A DNA stretch of 64,000 nt from Acidimicrobiales bacterium (GCA_035532075.1 DATKRV010000028.1:12286-76285), one strand, 5' to 3'. Counted from the first letter of the stretch, positions 1 to 14,666 are shown. The notes: generated by a model not told the origin, from the letters alone. Numbers and translations: made by a program.

Positions 1-1770
1 AAATATCGTGGCGAATTCGAGGAGCGACTCCGCGCGGTCTTGAAAGAGATCACTGAGTCCGAGGGCCAGGTCATCACCTTTCTCGATGAGGTCCACACCA
101 TCGTCGGTGCAGGCGCAGCGGAGGGTGCTCTTGATGCAGGGAACATCATCAAGCCGATGCTGTCACGTGGCGAGTTGAGGATGATCGGGGCGACGACGCT
201 CGACGAGTATCGAAAGAACATCGAGAAGGATGCCGCATTGGAGAGGCGTTTCCAGCCTGTCTATGTCGGGCCTCCTTCGGTCGACGACACCGTTGCGATC
301 CTGCGTGGGCTCAAGGAACGCTACGAGGTCCATCATGGCGTGCGTATCCAGGATGCAGCGCTCGTCGCAGCGGCGGTGCTCTCTGATCGTTATGTCTCAG
401 GCAGGTTCCTGCCTGACAAGGCGATCGATCTCGTCGATGAAGCCGCGAGCAAGTTACGTATCGAGATCGATTCGATGCCGACCGAGATCGACATCATCAG
501 CCGTCGCGCCCGCCAGCTCGAGATTGAAAGAGTTGCTCTCGCCAAGGAGACTGATGTCGCCTCTATGACGCGTCTCGCCAGAATCGACGAGGAGCTCGCA
601 AATCTTCGTGAGCAAGAGACGGCGATGACGGTCCACTGGCAGTCCGAGCGCGACGCGATCATGGCGATCCGTGAGCGGAAGGAGCGTCTGGAATCGCGTC
701 GCGGAGACGCGGAACGTTTCGAGCGCGATGGCAATCTTGGCGCATCAGCAGAGATTCGTTATGGCGAACTCCCCGTTGTTGAACAGGAGATCGTTGCAGC
801 GACAAGGAGGCTCGCTGATCTTCAGGAACACCAGAAGATGCTCAAGGAAGAAGTTGACGCGGAGGATATCGCCGAGGTCGTCTCGCGCTGGACTGGGGTA
901 CCGATCAGCCGTCTCATGCAGGGCGAAGTGCAAAAGCTCATCAAGATGGAAGATGAGTTGCATGAACGTGTTATTGGTCAGGATGACGCCGTGCGGATCG
1001 TCTCGAATGCAATCCGGCGGTCGCGTGCCGGTCTCTCTGATCCGAATCGACCAATCGGGTCGTTCCTTTTTCTCGGACCGACTGGCGTCGGCAAGACCGA
1101 GCTCGCACGTACCCTTGCGGAGTTCCTCTTTGACGACGACAAGTCGATGGTTCGAATTGATATGGGCGAGTATCAGGAGAAGCACGCAGTCGCAAGGCTT
1201 GTCGGTGCGCCCCCCGGGTATGTCGGCTATGACGAAGGAGGGCAGCTCACCGAGGCGATTCGACGTCGGCCCTATTCCGTGGTGCTGCTCGATGAGATCG
1301 AAAAGGCGCACTCGGACGTCTTCAACATCTTGTTGCAGGTGCTCGACGATGGGCGACTCACCGATGGTCAAGGGAGGACGGTCGACTTCACGAATACCGT
1401 TCTCGTGATGACCTCGAACCTGCGAGGCGAACCGAACGATTTTTTCAAACCAGAGTTCATCAACCGGATCGACGAGATCGTCCGCTTTCGTTCGCTCGAT
1501 CGTGAAGACCTCGCGCGTATCGTTGACATTCAGCTCCGTCAGCTCGACAGTCGACTCGCGGAGCGCGGTCTCGTGCTGCAGGTGTCGCCGGCGGCAAAGG
1601 CCCTGCTCGCGGAGCGCGGATACGATCCAGATTTTGGCGCTCGCCCTCTTCGCCGGGTCATCCAGCGCGAAATCGGCGACACACTGGCTCTCGCCCTCTT
1701 GAATGGCCGATTTCCCGAAGGGTCCGCGGTACATGTGAACGTGGTCGACGGGGAATTTTCCCTTGATTGA
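1..1770 (+). CDS. clpB: ClpB AAA+ disaggregase, 5' end cut by window edge
   Basis: The frame is open from base 1 ([17 protein letters not shown]...). It has a middle coiled-coil region and a second AAA+ module with Walker A GPTGVGKT, Walker [12 protein letters not shown] and a GARPLRR sensor. Confidence 0.95.
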   Translation, partial: KYRGEFEERLRAVLKEITESEGQVITFLDEVHTIVGAGAAEGALDAGNIIKPMLSRGELRMIGATTLDEYRKNIEKDAALERRFQPVYVGPPSVDDTVAILRGLKERYEVHHGVRIQDAALVAAAVLSDRYVSGRFLPDKAIDLVDEAASKLRIEIDSMPTEIDIISRRARQLEIERVALAKETDVASMTRLARIDEELANLREQETAMTVHWQSERDAIMAIRERKERLESRRGDAERFERDGNLGASAEIRYGELPVVEQEIVAATRRLADLQEHQKMLKEEVDAEDIAEVVSRWTGVPISRLMQGEVQKLIKMEDELHERVIGQDDAVRIVSNAIRRSRAGLSDPNRPIGSFLFLGPTGVGKTELARTLAEFLFDDDKSMVRIDMGEYQEKHAVARLVGAPPGYVGYDEGGQLTEAIRRRPYSVVLLDEIEKAHSDVFNILLQVLDDGRLTDGQGRTVDFTNTVLVMTSNLRGEPNDFFKPEFINRIDEIVRFRSLDREDLARIVDIQLRQLDSRLAERGLVLQVSPAAKALLAERGYDPDFGARPLRRVIQREIGDTLALALLNGRFPEGSAVHVNVVDGEFSLD

Positions 1771-1885
1771 CCAAGTGTTTTCGACGATGGTCGCGCGCCC
1801 GTTCGAATCGTTGCAAGAGTGTGAAATATGCCAGCATGAGAGCGGATCGGACTCCTCCACTTGTGCCGGCGAACTACGTTTGTAA

Positions 1886-4488
<2,603 letters not shown>

Positions 4489-4489
4489 T

Positions 4490-5818
4490 GTGATTCCCCG
4501 CTACTCATTGCCAGAGATGACCGTAATTTTCAGTGACGAGGCCCGCTTTGCGAAATGGCTCGAGATCGAGTTGCTGACCGTGGAAGCTTGGTCGAGACTC
4601 GGCGTGCTCCCCGCTGGATACGGTGCAGCGACAAGGTCGCGCGCGCCGCGCATCGATGCTGATTTTATCGCCCGTGCCGCCGATCGCGAACGCGTCACGG
4701 ACCACGACGTTGCGGCTTTTGTCGACATCACCCAGGAGGCGATTGGTGCTCCGGAGGGATCGTACATCCATCATGGCCTCACTTCGACCGACATCGTTGA
4801 CACTGCGTTAAGCGCGACGCTGGTCGAGGCTGCAGATCTTTTGATCACGGCATCGAGTGATCTCATTGCCTCGCTGAAGCGTCGCGCACTCGAACACGCG
4901 AAGACGCCCATGCTTGGGCGTACACATGGAATGCACGCGGAGCCGACCACCTTTGGTGTGAAGCTTGCGCTCTTTTGTCTTCAGGCCGACCGGGATCGTA
5001 CTCGATTGCGAAGAGCGCGCGAGGCGATCGCAGTTGGCAAGCTATCGGGCGCCGTCGGGACGTATTCAAATATTGATCCAGCGATCGAGGCACACGTGTG
5101 TGCGGCATTGGGACTTACCCCCGTACCCGCGACACAGGTTCTCTCGCGTGACCGACACGCCGAGTATCTTTACGCGTGCGCCTCGGTGGGTGCGACCGTA
5201 GAGGCACTCGCGACGGAGCTTCGTCATCTGCAGCGCAGTGAGGTCGCGGAGGCCGAAGAGCCCTTTGGCATTGACCAGAAGGGTTCGTCCGCGATGCCGC
5301 ACAAGCGCAATCCAATCATTGCCGAGCGACTCGTCGGAATGTCCCGGGTTCTGCGTGGCTATCTACTCTCAGGACTTGAAGATGTCGCACTTTGGCATGA
5401 GCGCGATATCTCCCATTCAAGCGTGGAACGGATCGTCCTTCCGGACGCGAGCCTTCTCGCGTATTACGTCATGCGCCGAATGACCCGACTTATCGATGGA
5501 CTTGTCGTGTATTCGGCTCGCATGCGCGAGAACCTCTTGGTCGGGTCGTACGGTCTCGTGTTCAGTCAGCCCGTGCTTTTAGCGCTCGTCGCGTCGGGTT
5601 GCGTGAGGGATCAGGCATATCGCATCGTTCAGCGCGATGCCCGAACTGCATTTGAACAGCGAAGTGCGTTTCGCGCGGTGCTTGAATCTGACGTCGAATT
5701 GGTTGAACTGCTTGGTCAGGATCGCATCGCAAAAGTGCTTGACGAGGCGTTTGATCTCGAGCGCGCGTTGCGTTATACCCATCTTACAATCGATGCACTT
5801 GAGGAGGTAGAGGTTTGA
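4490..5818 (+). CDS. purB: Adenylosuccinate lyase
   Basis: IPRYSLPEM N-terminus and fumarate-lyase signature SSAMPHKRNP. The start is placed at GTG 4490, just after the purD stop; the track ORF from 4412 would overlap purD. Confidence 0.9.
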   Translation: MIPRYSLPEMTVIFSDEARFAKWLEIELLTVEAWSRLGVLPAGYGAATRSRAPRIDADFIARAADRERVTDHDVAAFVDITQEAIGAPEGSYIHHGLTSTDIVDTALSATLVEAADLLITASSDLIASLKRRALEHAKTPMLGRTHGMHAEPTTFGVKLALFCLQADRDRTRLRRAREAIAVGKLSGAVGTYSNIDPAIEAHVCAALGLTPVPATQVLSRDRHAEYLYACASVGATVEALATELRHLQRSEVAEAEEPFGIDQKGSSAMPHKRNPIIAERLVGMSRVLRGYLLSGLEDVALWHERDISHSSVERIVLPDASLLAYYVMRRMTRLIDGLVVYSARMRENLLVGSYGLVFSQPVLLALVASGCVRDQAYRIVQRDARTAFEQRSAFRAVLESDVELVELLGQDRIAKVLDEAFDLERALRYTHLTIDALEEVEV

Positions 5819-6708
5819 TGTTGGAGCGTCTCTATTCGGGCAAGGTTCGTGACATTTATGCCGCGGGCGAGGACCAGATTCTCATGGTTGCATCGGATCG
5901 CATCTCTGCCTTTGACGTCATCTTCGCGGAGCCAATCCCGGACAAGGGAAGGGTGCTCACCGCAATGACGGATTTCTGGGATGAGGCGCTTGGGCACATC
6001 GCGCCAACGCATCTCATCACCACCAATCCCGCCAAGTTTCCTATCGGTGCTGACGACATTCCGGGTGTTGCAGGGCGCGCAATGCTGGTACGTCGCGCCG
6101 CGATGCTGCCGATCGAATGCATCGTGCGCGGCTATCTCTCTGGCTCTGCATGGAAGGAGTATCAGTCGACTGGCAAGGTCCACGGCACGGATATGCCGGC
6201 GGGAATGCGCGAATCTGCCCGGTTGCCAGAGCCGATATTTACTCCCTCGACCAAGGCTACCGAGGGTCACGACATCAACATCTCATATGTCGAGGCCGTG
6301 GAACTCATCGGAGGAGAGGTCGCGGAGCGCGCGAGGGATATCTGTCTCATGGCCTATGCCAGCGCCGCCAAACGTGCTCTTGATTGCGGCATTGTCATTG
6401 CGGATACAAAGTTCGAACTTGGTTTCATCGACCACGAGCTTGCGATCTGTGACGAGATTCTCACCCCGGACTCCTCCCGGTTTTGGTCGGCAGAAGCCGT
6501 TGTCGAAGGGAAGTCGCCGCCCTCCTATGACAAGCAACCGGTACGTGACTGGGCTGAATCGACGGGGTGGGACAAGGCTTCGACTCCGCCCAAGATCCCT
6601 GGGCAGGTGATCGCCGAGACGCGCGAGCGTTACATCCGGGCATATGAGACGCTGTCGGGTCGAAAGTTCGCCGAATGGTGGGGCGGACAGGGCGGGGATG
6701 ATCGATGA
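5818..6708 (+). CDS. purC: SAICAR synthetase
   Basis: LYSGKVRDIY N-terminus; ATG 5818 overlaps the purB TGA and follows GAGGAGG. Confidence 0.9.
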   Translation: MLERLYSGKVRDIYAAGEDQILMVASDRISAFDVIFAEPIPDKGRVLTAMTDFWDEALGHIAPTHLITTNPAKFPIGADDIPGVAGRAMLVRRAAMLPIECIVRGYLSGSAWKEYQSTGKVHGTDMPAGMRESARLPEPIFTPSTKATEGHDINISYVEAVELIGGEVAERARDICLMAYASAAKRALDCGIVIADTKFELGFIDHELAICDEILTPDSSRFWSAEAVVEGKSPPSYDKQPVRDWAESTGWDKASTPPKIPGQVIAETRERYIRAYETLSGRKFAEWWGGQGGDDR

Positions 6709-6965
6709 ACTTTGACGTCAGCGTGCTTGTGCGTGGTGTCGAGGGTATCGCCGATCCCGAGGGTCGCACGGTCGAGAGGGCACTTGGTGCGCTTGGATTC
6801 GCTGGTGCGTCGTCGGTGCGCGTCGGGAAGGTCATCAACCTCTGTCTCTCGGCTGACGATACGGAGAGTGCGAGGGTAGAGGTGGAGGAGATGTGCGATC
6901 GACTGCTTGCAAATCCGGTCATCGAACGTTATGAGATCACGATCGTTCCCACGAAGACGTCATGA
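6705..6965 (+). CDS. purS: FGAM synthase subunit PurS
   Basis: 86-aa ORF lying between purC and purQ, with overlapping stop/start codons at both ends. Confidence 0.8.
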   Translation: MNFDVSVLVRGVEGIADPEGRTVERALGALGFAGASSVRVGKVINLCLSADDTESARVEVEEMCDRLLANPVIERYEITIVPTKTS

Positions 6966-7663
6966 ACGAAAATATTGCGATCATTCGTTTTCCCGGCTCG
7001 AACTGCGAGTTTGATGTTGAGGAGGCGATAAATAGGATTGGTGCTCACGCGCGAATCGTCTGGCACCACGAGCATGATCTCGAAGGATTCGATGGCGTGA
7101 TCATTCCCGGCGGATTCGCGCATGGCGACTATCTCCGGTGTGGGGCAATCGCGCGGTTTTCTCCGGTGATGGAGGCGGTCGCGAGTCTTGCAGAACTTGG
7201 CGGTCCGGTACTGGGAATCTGCAATGGTTTTCAAGTGCTTACCGAGGCCGGGCTGTTGCCTGGCGCGCTAATGCGCAATGCAGGAATGCGTTTTGTCTGT
7301 GAGACTGTCACGGTCGAGGTCGCTTCGAATCGATCTGCCCTCACCGCAGAGGTAGCCGCGGGAACGCGTCTTCGACTGCCCGTCAATCACGGTGAGGGGA
7401 ATTACATCTGTGACGCGGAGACTCTCTCGGAAATTGAGTCCAGTGGACAAGTTGTGCTGCGCTATGCGAACAACCCCAACGGATCGCTGAATGACATCGC
7501 GGGCATAACGAACCGGACGGGAAACATCGTCGGACTCATGCCACATCCCGAGCGTGCCTTTGATCTTGTTGTTGGTTCGGCCGACGGCGTGCCGTTACTC
7601 AGATCGTTCGTCCATTCTGTCGAGGCATTCGCCAAATGTCGCGTCGTCGTGGGCCAGGTATAG
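6962..7663 (+). CDS. purQ: FGAM synthase glutaminase subunit
   Basis: Class-I amidotransferase motifs GICNGFQ and MPHPER. Confidence 0.9.
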   Translation: MNENIAIIRFPGSNCEFDVEEAINRIGAHARIVWHHEHDLEGFDGVIIPGGFAHGDYLRCGAIARFSPVMEAVASLAELGGPVLGICNGFQVLTEAGLLPGALMRNAGMRFVCETVTVEVASNRSALTAEVAAGTRLRLPVNHGEGNYICDAETLSEIESSGQVVLRYANNPNGSLNDIAGITNRTGNIVGLMPHPERAFDLVVGSADGVPLLRSFVHSVEAFAKCRVVVGQV

Positions 7664-7668
7664 GGCAG

Positions 7669-9939
7669 ATGCCACTGACCGATATCACTCAGCTCATTTC
7701 AGATGATCGGCGTCATCTTCCTCTTGGACTACTTGACGAGGAGTATCGCTCAATCATCGAGATTCTTGGACGCGTACCCTCCGATGTCGAGCTCGCGATG
7801 TACTCGGTGATGTGGAGCGAGCACTGTTCATACAAGTCCTCGAGGATTCATCTCGGTCGCCTCCCGACCAAGGCGAAACATGTGCTCGTTGGACCCGGGG
7901 AGAATGCCGGCGTGATCGACGTGGGCGACGGCGTCGCGGTTGCATTGAGAATCGAGAGTCATAACCACCCCTCCTTTATCGAGCCCTATCAGGGAGCGGC
8001 AACCGGGGTTGGTGGGATTCTGCGGGACATCTTCACCATGGGAGCGCGCCCGATCGCGCTGATGGATCCGCTCTTCGTCGGACCTCTCGAGGATGCCCAC
8101 AGCAGGTATCTTCTCGACGGCATTGTTCGCGGTATCGGGGGCTATGGCAACAGTGTTGGGGTGCCGACGGTAGGTGGTCAGATCACCTTCGACCGGAGCT
8201 ACGAGCGCAATCCGCTGGTGAACGTCTTCTGCCTCGGTGTCTTGCCGGTTGACCGCCTCGTCCTCGGTCAGGCCTCGGGTGCCGGGAATCTCTGCGTGCT
8301 GCTCGGATCTCGTACAGGGCGTGACGGTATTGGCGGCGTGAGTGTTCTCGCCTCTGCAGGTTTTCGTGATGATGAGGGTGGATCTAAACGTCCTTCGGTC
8401 CAGGTAGGAGATCCCTATGAGGAGAAGCGGCTGATCGAGGCGTGCCTCGAGCTTCTTGATGCGAAGCTTGTCGTCGGAATTCAGGATCTCGGTGGTGCCG
8501 GACTTGCCTGTGCGACGAGCGAGACCGCGGCGCGCGGTGGTGTCGGCATGGATGTTGATGTCCGTGCGGTTCCAAGACGCGAGCCTGGGATGAGTGCCAT
8601 AGAGGTGATGACGAGCGAATCGCAAGAGCGCATGCTCGCGATCATTACACCCTCGGCTGTGGATCAGGTTCTTGAGGTCTGTCGTCGCTGGGAGATCGAG
8701 GCAACCATTGTTGCGACGGTCACGGGTGTCGATGAAAATGGGATCGGTCATCTTCGTGTTCTCGATGGCCCAGGGGGTGCGGTACTCGCGGATGTGCCAG
8801 CGAAATCCCTCGCTGACGATGCTCCGCTTTATGACAGGCCGATGGTTGCGCCGCCTGATCTCGCCGAGCGTCTCGACGGGGGTCTCGCCAATGCTCTCGT
8901 CTCTCCGGATTACTCCGAGGATCTCGCGTCGATGCTGGTCGACCCCGCGTGGATCTATCGCCAGTATGACCACCAGCTATTTGTCAATACGATCTTTGCT
9001 CCTGGAGAGGCGGACGCTACGCTGCTCCGTCTTGCCGGTCCAGGAATCGAGCGATCGCAAAAGGGACTGGCGATGAGCAGCGATGCAAACCCTGCGTGGT
9101 GCGCGACAGACCCGCGTCGTGGTACACGTGCAACGGTCGCGGAGTCCGCTCTCAATGTCAGCGCGACCGGGGCAACGCCGCTAGCCCTGGTGAACTGCCT
9201 GAATTTTGGCAATCCCGAGCATCCTCAGGTGATGTGGGAACTCTCGGAATCGATCGATGGCATGGCAGAGGCATGTGACGCACTGGCGATACCAGTCGTT
9301 GGTGGAAACGTCTCGTTCTACAACGAATCGGCAGGGAGAGATATTGACCCCACGCCAACCGTGGCGGTCATAGGTCTTATCGATATCATCAAGCACCGTC
9401 CTCCATCGATTGGATGGCGCGATGGTGACTTCGTCGTGCTCCTCGGAGAGCGAAGCGCAAATGCAGCAGGCTCAAGATGGGCGCGTGACCTCCACGGGAT
9501 ACGCAGTGGTCAGATCGACGAGGTTAACCTTGTCATCCATAGAGCACTCTGCGAGTTTGTCTCCGCCTGTGTCCGCGACGAGGCCGCCCTGGAGATTGCG
9601 CCGGACCTTGTGCACGGTCTTCACACGATTGGCGATGGCGGGCTCGGGGTCGCGCTCGCTGAGATGTGTATTGCCTCTGGCATTGGTTGCGCAGTTGATC
9701 AGATTGTCGATCATCGCGAGCTCTTCTCCGAGTCCGTTTCTCGCGTGCTGGTCGCGACGCTTTGCCCTACGGAGTTGATCTCCGCGGCGCGGGCAAAGGG
9801 TCTTCGCGCGATGGAGATCGGAACCGTAGGGGGAGATCGATTGATCGTTTCCGATCTTGTTGACCTCAAACTCGAGGATCTCGGTGCACGATTCCATGAT
9901 CGCATCGATGAAGCACTCGGAGAGGTTGCAAGCCACTAA
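7669..9939 (+). CDS. purL: FGAM synthase subunit PurL
   Basis: [17 protein letters not shown] and GGVGMD motifs. The start is placed at ATG 7669, after the purQ stop. Confidence 0.9.
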   Translation: MPLTDITQLISDDRRHLPLGLLDEEYRSIIEILGRVPSDVELAMYSVMWSEHCSYKSSRIHLGRLPTKAKHVLVGPGENAGVIDVGDGVAVALRIESHNHPSFIEPYQGAATGVGGILRDIFTMGARPIALMDPLFVGPLEDAHSRYLLDGIVRGIGGYGNSVGVPTVGGQITFDRSYERNPLVNVFCLGVLPVDRLVLGQASGAGNLCVLLGSRTGRDGIGGVSVLASAGFRDDEGGSKRPSVQVGDPYEEKRLIEACLELLDAKLVVGIQDLGGAGLACATSETAARGGVGMDVDVRAVPRREPGMSAIEVMTSESQERMLAIITPSAVDQVLEVCRRWEIEATIVATVTGVDENGIGHLRVLDGPGGAVLADVPAKSLADDAPLYDRPMVAPPDLAERLDGGLANALVSPDYSEDLASMLVDPAWIYRQYDHQLFVNTIFAPGEADATLLRLAGPGIERSQKGLAMSSDANPAWCATDPRRGTRATVAESALNVSATGATPLALVNCLNFGNPEHPQVMWELSESIDGMAEACDALAIPVVGGNVSFYNESAGRDIDPTPTVAVIGLIDIIKHRPPSIGWRDGDFVVLLGERSANAAGSRWARDLHGIRSGQIDEVNLVIHRALCEFVSACVRDEAALEIAPDLVHGLHTIGDGGLGVALAEMCIASGIGCAVDQIVDHRELFSESVSRVLVATLCPTELISAARAKGLRAMEIGTVGGDRLIVSDLVDLKLEDLGARFHDRIDEALGEVASH

Positions 9940-10146
9940 GGCACCTTTTGGAGTCAGCAGGTGATCTCACTCACCTCAATCGAGTGATCGGACATCCGGA
10001 CTACGCGGGCCCTGATCGGTTTCGATTTGGCATCGTCAACTGGGTTCCGCCTGTCGTCCTGGCTGTCGCGGGCTGTGTGGATATGGATTCGCTAATGGTT
10101 CACGGCAGCTGTCGCTGGCTCGCTGACGTTTGGGTCATTCTTCGTT

Positions 10147-10686
10147 TTGCCCCCTATGCGCGCGAGAATCGTCATCGTGAAAAACTCTGCATGGCAAGCT
10201 CATTGGCACAAGCACCCCGGTGTACGCACGGGAGATCAACTCTCTGTGGGCGAACGAGCTGCAGATCGGATGCGCAACATGATGGGGTCCTGGCCATTCG
10301 TATTCGGCTTTTTTGCTGTGATGATTGTCTGGGCCCTTGTCAATACCCTTGTCATCGAACACATCCTTCATCACAAGGCATTTGACCCTTATCCATACAT
10401 CTTGCTGAACCTGTTCCTCTCGATGATGGCTGGCGTACAAGCCGCCGCCTTATTGATTGCCGCGAAGCGCGCCGACTCGATCTCCTCCGAGGTCGCTCTC
10501 CATACGGCGAACAATACGGACGACATCAAAACGCTCATCGCGGAGAACACCGCACTTACTTCGCAGGTCAAGAAGAATACGGACCTTCTCGATGAGATTC
10601 ACCTCCATGTGACCAATATCGGCCAGAAGATCGGTGCAGACATGGGGAACTTTGCTCCCGGCGAGCCGCCGACGACACGAACCTGA
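10147..10686 (+). CDS. DUF1003-type membrane protein
   Basis: GERAADRMRNMMGSWPFVFG followed by FDPYPYILLNLFLSMMAGVQAAALLIAAKR, which is typical of DUF1003. The start is uncertain (GTG 10177 is an alternative). Confidence 0.6.
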   Translation: MPPMRARIVIVKNSAWQAHWHKHPGVRTGDQLSVGERAADRMRNMMGSWPFVFGFFAVMIVWALVNTLVIEHILHHKAFDPYPYILLNLFLSMMAGVQAAALLIAAKRADSISSEVALHTANNTDDIKTLIAENTALTSQVKKNTDLLDEIHLHVTNIGQKIGADMGNFAPGEPPTTRT

Positions 10687-11060
10687 GCCATGTCATAAAG
10701 GGATGCGCTCTTTTGAAGTGTTTCAGATAAGCACTCCTACTTGGTGATGAGCCGTGTGAGAGATCTACAACGGCGCCATCTGTCGAGTCTCGCGCCCTCG
10801 ATAATCTTGCATACGCCTGTGCCCTGACACATTCGACGGTGAACCTGCTCCGTTCCTTGGGCGGTGTGTTGGCGAAAGTCTCGAAGCGCGCTTGCTGGTT
10901 TCCTACCGGACCTTCCGTGGAATATTTTCGTTGAGGGGTTGACGCATCACGTGTTGGCGTCCCGCATCGTGGTGTAAATAGCGCTGAGGATCCGCTACAA
11001 GGTGGACCATCGGAATGAATCTTGACGTGTCCTGATAGATACGACAAGGAGTTCAAACCG

Positions 11061-11282
11061 ATGCCCCAACATGATTTTGACCCATACGCGATGCTCGATG
11101 CATTACGTGCAGGTGAAGATATCGATCTTGTGAGACAAAGCGTCGAATTTGTCCTGCAGGCCCTCATCGAGGCCGAGGCGACCGAGGTGATCGGCGCCTC
11201 CCGTCACGAAATCCGAAGAATCGACTCTGTGAAAACTAGACGCGCCGCTACCCAATCATCGACCTGTCAAAAAGCCGACTGA
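11061..11282 (+). pseudogene. IS256-family transposase N-terminal remnant
   Basis: MPQHDFDPYAMLDALRAGEDIDLVRQSVEFVLQALIEAEATEVIGA resembles the conserved IS256/mutator-type N-terminus. The reading frame degenerates after about 50 aa and no DDE core follows. Confidence 0.55.
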
Positions 11283-11638
11283 ACTCACCTGAAACTGGCA
11301 TAAGCGTGGCGGAGGCCTATCGGTGATGTCGAGATGTCTTTGTGAGGACCAGCTCAGAGGGAGAAGACGTGTGGATTCGGGTCCGCTTTTGCCAATGGTG
11401 CAAACGGGCGCCCGGAGGAGATATTCGGCCGCGGTCGTGAGATCGGGCGGATCGATACGATGTTTGGTGCCTGGGACGGGCGGGTCCGTGGGTAAAAGTT
11501 TGGGAAGGGATTCCGTGTCGTTCATCCCCAGCTGTGGATAACGCTGGGGAGAATTACAAGTCTGTGATATTTCGATTGTGATTTCTGGCCGTTACATTCG
11601 CACCAAATAGAGGTCGAGGTGGCTCGTCTCCTACCGAT

Positions 11639-11944
11639 TCAGCGATAGTAGGTGGCGGCAAGTGCGCCGGTGAGGATACAGACGAGACCGGCAAGGGTAT
11701 ACCAGTTGCTTGGGCTGGCAGGGAAAAACGAGGCGTAGTTGCCGATGACTGCGAGGATCCCTGCGATGAACAGGCTCAACAGCATCCAGGGAAACCAAGC
11801 TGGGCTGCGCTTGACCTCGCGCGGCACAGGTGGAGTGTAACGCTTCGAGGCATTTGGCGCGGTTCCCTTGGCCTGTGCGCGGCCACGCCGGTGGTCCTTG
11901 TTCTGATTTTTGCTGCCCATCCGTCGCTCGGAGATCTTTGTCAC
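11639..11944 (-). CDS. crgA: Cell-division membrane protein CrgA-like
   Basis: About 100 aa with a basic N-terminus, a PPVP motif, then two TM helices (WFPWMLLSLFIAGILAVIG; WYTLAGLVCILTGALAATYY). It sits beside trpG/pknB, the conserved position in Actinomycetota. Confidence 0.6.
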   Translation of the reverse strand: MTKISERRMGSKNQNKDHRRGRAQAKGTAPNASKRYTPPVPREVKRSPAWFPWMLLSLFIAGILAVIGNYASFFPASPSNWYTLAGLVCILTGALAATYYR

Positions 11945-12067
11945 CCTTTCACCATATCGCTGACTTCGTGAGAGGTGGAAAGCGAGGTCGGCTCAAAGTC
12001 GGAGACCGCGGCACTCTTCTCACCCCGCGTTGTCCGGCGAGAGCTGGCTGCGGGTAGCGTCTCTGGC

Positions 12068-12670
12068 ATGAAGACGCGCATTGTGGTGATCGACAATTAT
12101 GACAGTTTTGTCTATAACCTCGTGCAGTATGTCGGCGAACTTGGTGCAGAGCCCTGTGTGGTCAGAAACGACGAGATCGATGTGGCCGGGATTAAGGCGC
12201 TCGATCCCGATGGCATCCTGATCTCTCCCGGTCCTGGCCGGCCCGAAGATTCCGGAATTTCGCGCGCCGCGATTGAATACTTTGCCGAACAGGGAGTTGC
12301 GGTCTTTGGAGTGTGTCTTGGCCACCAGTGCATCGGAGAGATTTATGGCGCCGAGGTCGTGCGTGCCCCAGAGGTGATGCATGGAAAGACTTCGATCATC
12401 TGTCACGATAACAAGGGGGTGTTTCGCTCGCTTGAGCCAAAGTTTGTCGCGACGCGTTATCACTCGCTTATCGTCGATAGGGCATCAGTACCGGAATGCC
12501 TGATCGTCAGCGCGACGACAACAGATGGGATCGTTATGGGCCTTCGCCATCGCGAGCTGCCCGTTGAGGGGGTTCAATTCCATCCCGAGTCGATTCTTAC
12601 CAAATCCGGTCATACGTTGATCGGCAATTTTCTGCATCAGGCAGCCTCTTCAAGATCTGTCGCTCACTGA
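12068..12670 (+). CDS. Anthranilate/aminodeoxychorismate synthase glutamine amidotransferase component
   Basis: MKTRIVVIDNYDSFVYNL N-terminus, GVCLGHQ catalytic Cys motif and QFHPES. Confidence 0.85.
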   Translation: MKTRIVVIDNYDSFVYNLVQYVGELGAEPCVVRNDEIDVAGIKALDPDGILISPGPGRPEDSGISRAAIEYFAEQGVAVFGVCLGHQCIGEIYGAEVVRAPEVMHGKTSIICHDNKGVFRSLEPKFVATRYHSLIVDRASVPECLIVSATTTDGIVMGLRHRELPVEGVQFHPESILTKSGHTLIGNFLHQAASSRSVAH

Positions 12671-12695
12671 CCAGCTTCGACTGTTGGGGTCGTCG

Positions 12696-14666
12696 CTAGC
12701 CAGGGAAGGGTGAAGTCGTCGTCGTGGTCGTTCCGGAATTACCGGTGACCCCAGTCGTACCTGTGGTACTCGGAGTCGTCGAGACTCCAATACGGTAAAG
12801 AATGGTGCTCCGAGGTGCCACCTGGTCGCCAACACGTGCGTTCGAACCCAACACTCGCTGCGCGGCAACGTTTCCGATGTAGCCCGCAATCGTCGTTCCG
12901 ATCGGAGCACCCTTCTTGGCAACGAGACCGAGCGAGGTAATTGTTGTCACTGCCTGGGATTGAGATTGTCCAATCAGTGATGGAACGGAGACCCCAGGCC
13001 CAGAGCTGATGATCAGGTTGACTGTCTTTCCCGCGCGTACGACCGTTCCGGCAGCAGGAGTGGTCGAGACCACATTTCCATTCGGAATCGTCTGGGAGAA
13101 CTGCGAACCTGTGGAACCAACTCGGAGGTTCGCCTTCGTAAGCGCGCTTCCTGCCTTCGCAGCGTTGTCTCCAATGATCATCGGCACGATGACGGTATGA
13201 TTTTGTACGTAGGAGATGGTCACCAGAGTGCCCTTCGGCTTGGTGATACCACCTGCGGGTGACTCCTTGACGACAACGTTCTGTTTGACGCCTGGCAGGC
13301 CGACTGGTAGGGACCTCGATCGAAATCCCGCAAGCGAAAGAGCGCGCTCGGCAGTGATCCGCGATCTGCCCACGACACGGGGAATCGAAGCGGTTGGAGC
13401 CGGGCCCGCGATGGTGAGCAGGACCTTGGCGCCTTTGCGCACCGTGTTCGGGTACGTGGGACTCTGACCAATGACGGTGTGTTGGTTGGAGATATTGCCG
13501 ACGACGGTCCTGGTCCGCGCGATGAGCTCGGCATTCTTGAGTACACGCAGTGCGGTGGCAGGCTTCATTCCCTTGACGTCCGGAACGGCGAAGTATGCAC
13601 CCCCTCCGAAGTATCCGAGTGCCTGACCGCCAAGGATAATCAAAAGGATGATCGCCACGGCAAGCGCTCCGCCTCCGATCAGCCATTTTCGGGTGTTGGT
13701 CGCGCGCTGTTCGACGATTTCGTCGTCATCTTCGAACTCTTTCTCACTGTTGAGATGTGCGTTGATTGCCTCTGCATCGATCACCGCCGTCGCTGGGCCG
13801 GTAAATGTCTCGACTGGTGGATGTGCAAGAACGGTCTGGCCGCGGACGAATCGATCAAGATCGGCTCGCATCTCGTCGGCGCTGCGGAACCTGTCGGCGG
13901 GAAGTTTCGCCATCGCCTGCAAGATGATCGCCTCGAGTGCCGAGGGAATAGCTGGATTCATTGATCTTGGAGGGACGGGTTGTTCGCGGACATGTTGGTA
14001 GGCGATTGCGACCGGCGTCTCTCCCGTGAATGGAGCTCGTCCTGTCACCATTTCGTAGAGCACGACACCAAGCGAATAGATGTCGCTCCTGCCATCGACC
14101 TCGAGGCCCTGTGCTTGCTCGGGAGCGAAGTATGTCGCAGTTCCCATGACCAGGCCAGTCTGTGTGACCTGCTCGTCCGCGCCGATAGCGCGGGCGATGC
14201 CAAAATCGGTCACCTTGACCTGACCATCTTGAGTGATCAGGACGTTTCCTGGTTTGACGTCTCGGTGAATCACGCCATGACGATGTGCGTATCCGAGCGC
14301 CTTGGCGATATCCGCGGCAACAGCGGCCGCCTGGTCGGCAGCGATCGGCGACTGGGTGCGGATGATCGAGGAGAGCGGTTCACCATCGATGTACTCCATC
14401 ACGATGAAGTAGGTGTCCTCTGATTCACCCCAGTCAAAGATCTGCACGATGTTGGGATGCGAGAGGTTCGCTGCTGCCTGAGCCTCTCGACGGAAGCGCT
14501 CTACAAAGGAATTGTTGGTCGACAGCTCCGGATAGAGGACCTTGAGCGCAACGGGCCGATCGAGCAGGATGTCATGTGCGAGGTAGACGTGCGCCGTACC
14601 GCCGCGGGCAATCTGGCTACGGAGTTCGTAGCGTCCGTTATAGATCGAGGAGGGGGTCTGAGTCAT
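12696..14666 (-). CDS. pknB: Ser/Thr protein kinase with PASTA repeats
   Basis: Hanks kinase motifs (VALKVL, HRDVKPGN, DFGIA, APE), one TM helix, repeated PASTA-like modules and a Thr/Gly-rich tail. Confidence 0.9.
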   Translation of the reverse strand: MTQTPSSIYNGRYELRSQIARGGTAHVYLAHDILLDRPVALKVLYPELSTNNSFVERFRREAQAAANLSHPNIVQIFDWGESEDTYFIVMEYIDGEPLSSIIRTQSPIAADQAAAVAADIAKALGYAHRHGVIHRDVKPGNVLITQDGQVKVTDFGIARAIGADEQVTQTGLVMGTATYFAPEQAQGLEVDGRSDIYSLGVVLYEMVTGRAPFTGETPVAIAYQHVREQPVPPRSMNPAIPSALEAIILQAMAKLPADRFRSADEMRADLDRFVRGQTVLAHPPVETFTGPATAVIDAEAINAHLNSEKEFEDDDEIVEQRATNTRKWLIGGGALAVAIILLIILGGQALGYFGGGAYFAVPDVKGMKPATALRVLKNAELIARTRTVVGNISNQHTVIGQSPTYPNTVRKGAKVLLTIAGPAPTASIPRVVGRSRITAERALSLAGFRSRSLPVGLPGVKQNVVVKESPAGGITKPKGTLVTISYVQNHTVIVPMIIGDNAAKAGSALTKANLRVGSTGSQFSQTIPNGNVVSTTPAAGTVVRAGKTVNLIISSGPGVSVPSLIGQSQSQAVTTITSLGLVAKKGAPIGTTIAGYIGNVAAQRVLGSNARVGDQVAPRSTILYRIGVSTTPSTTGTTGVTGNSGTTTTTTSPFPG

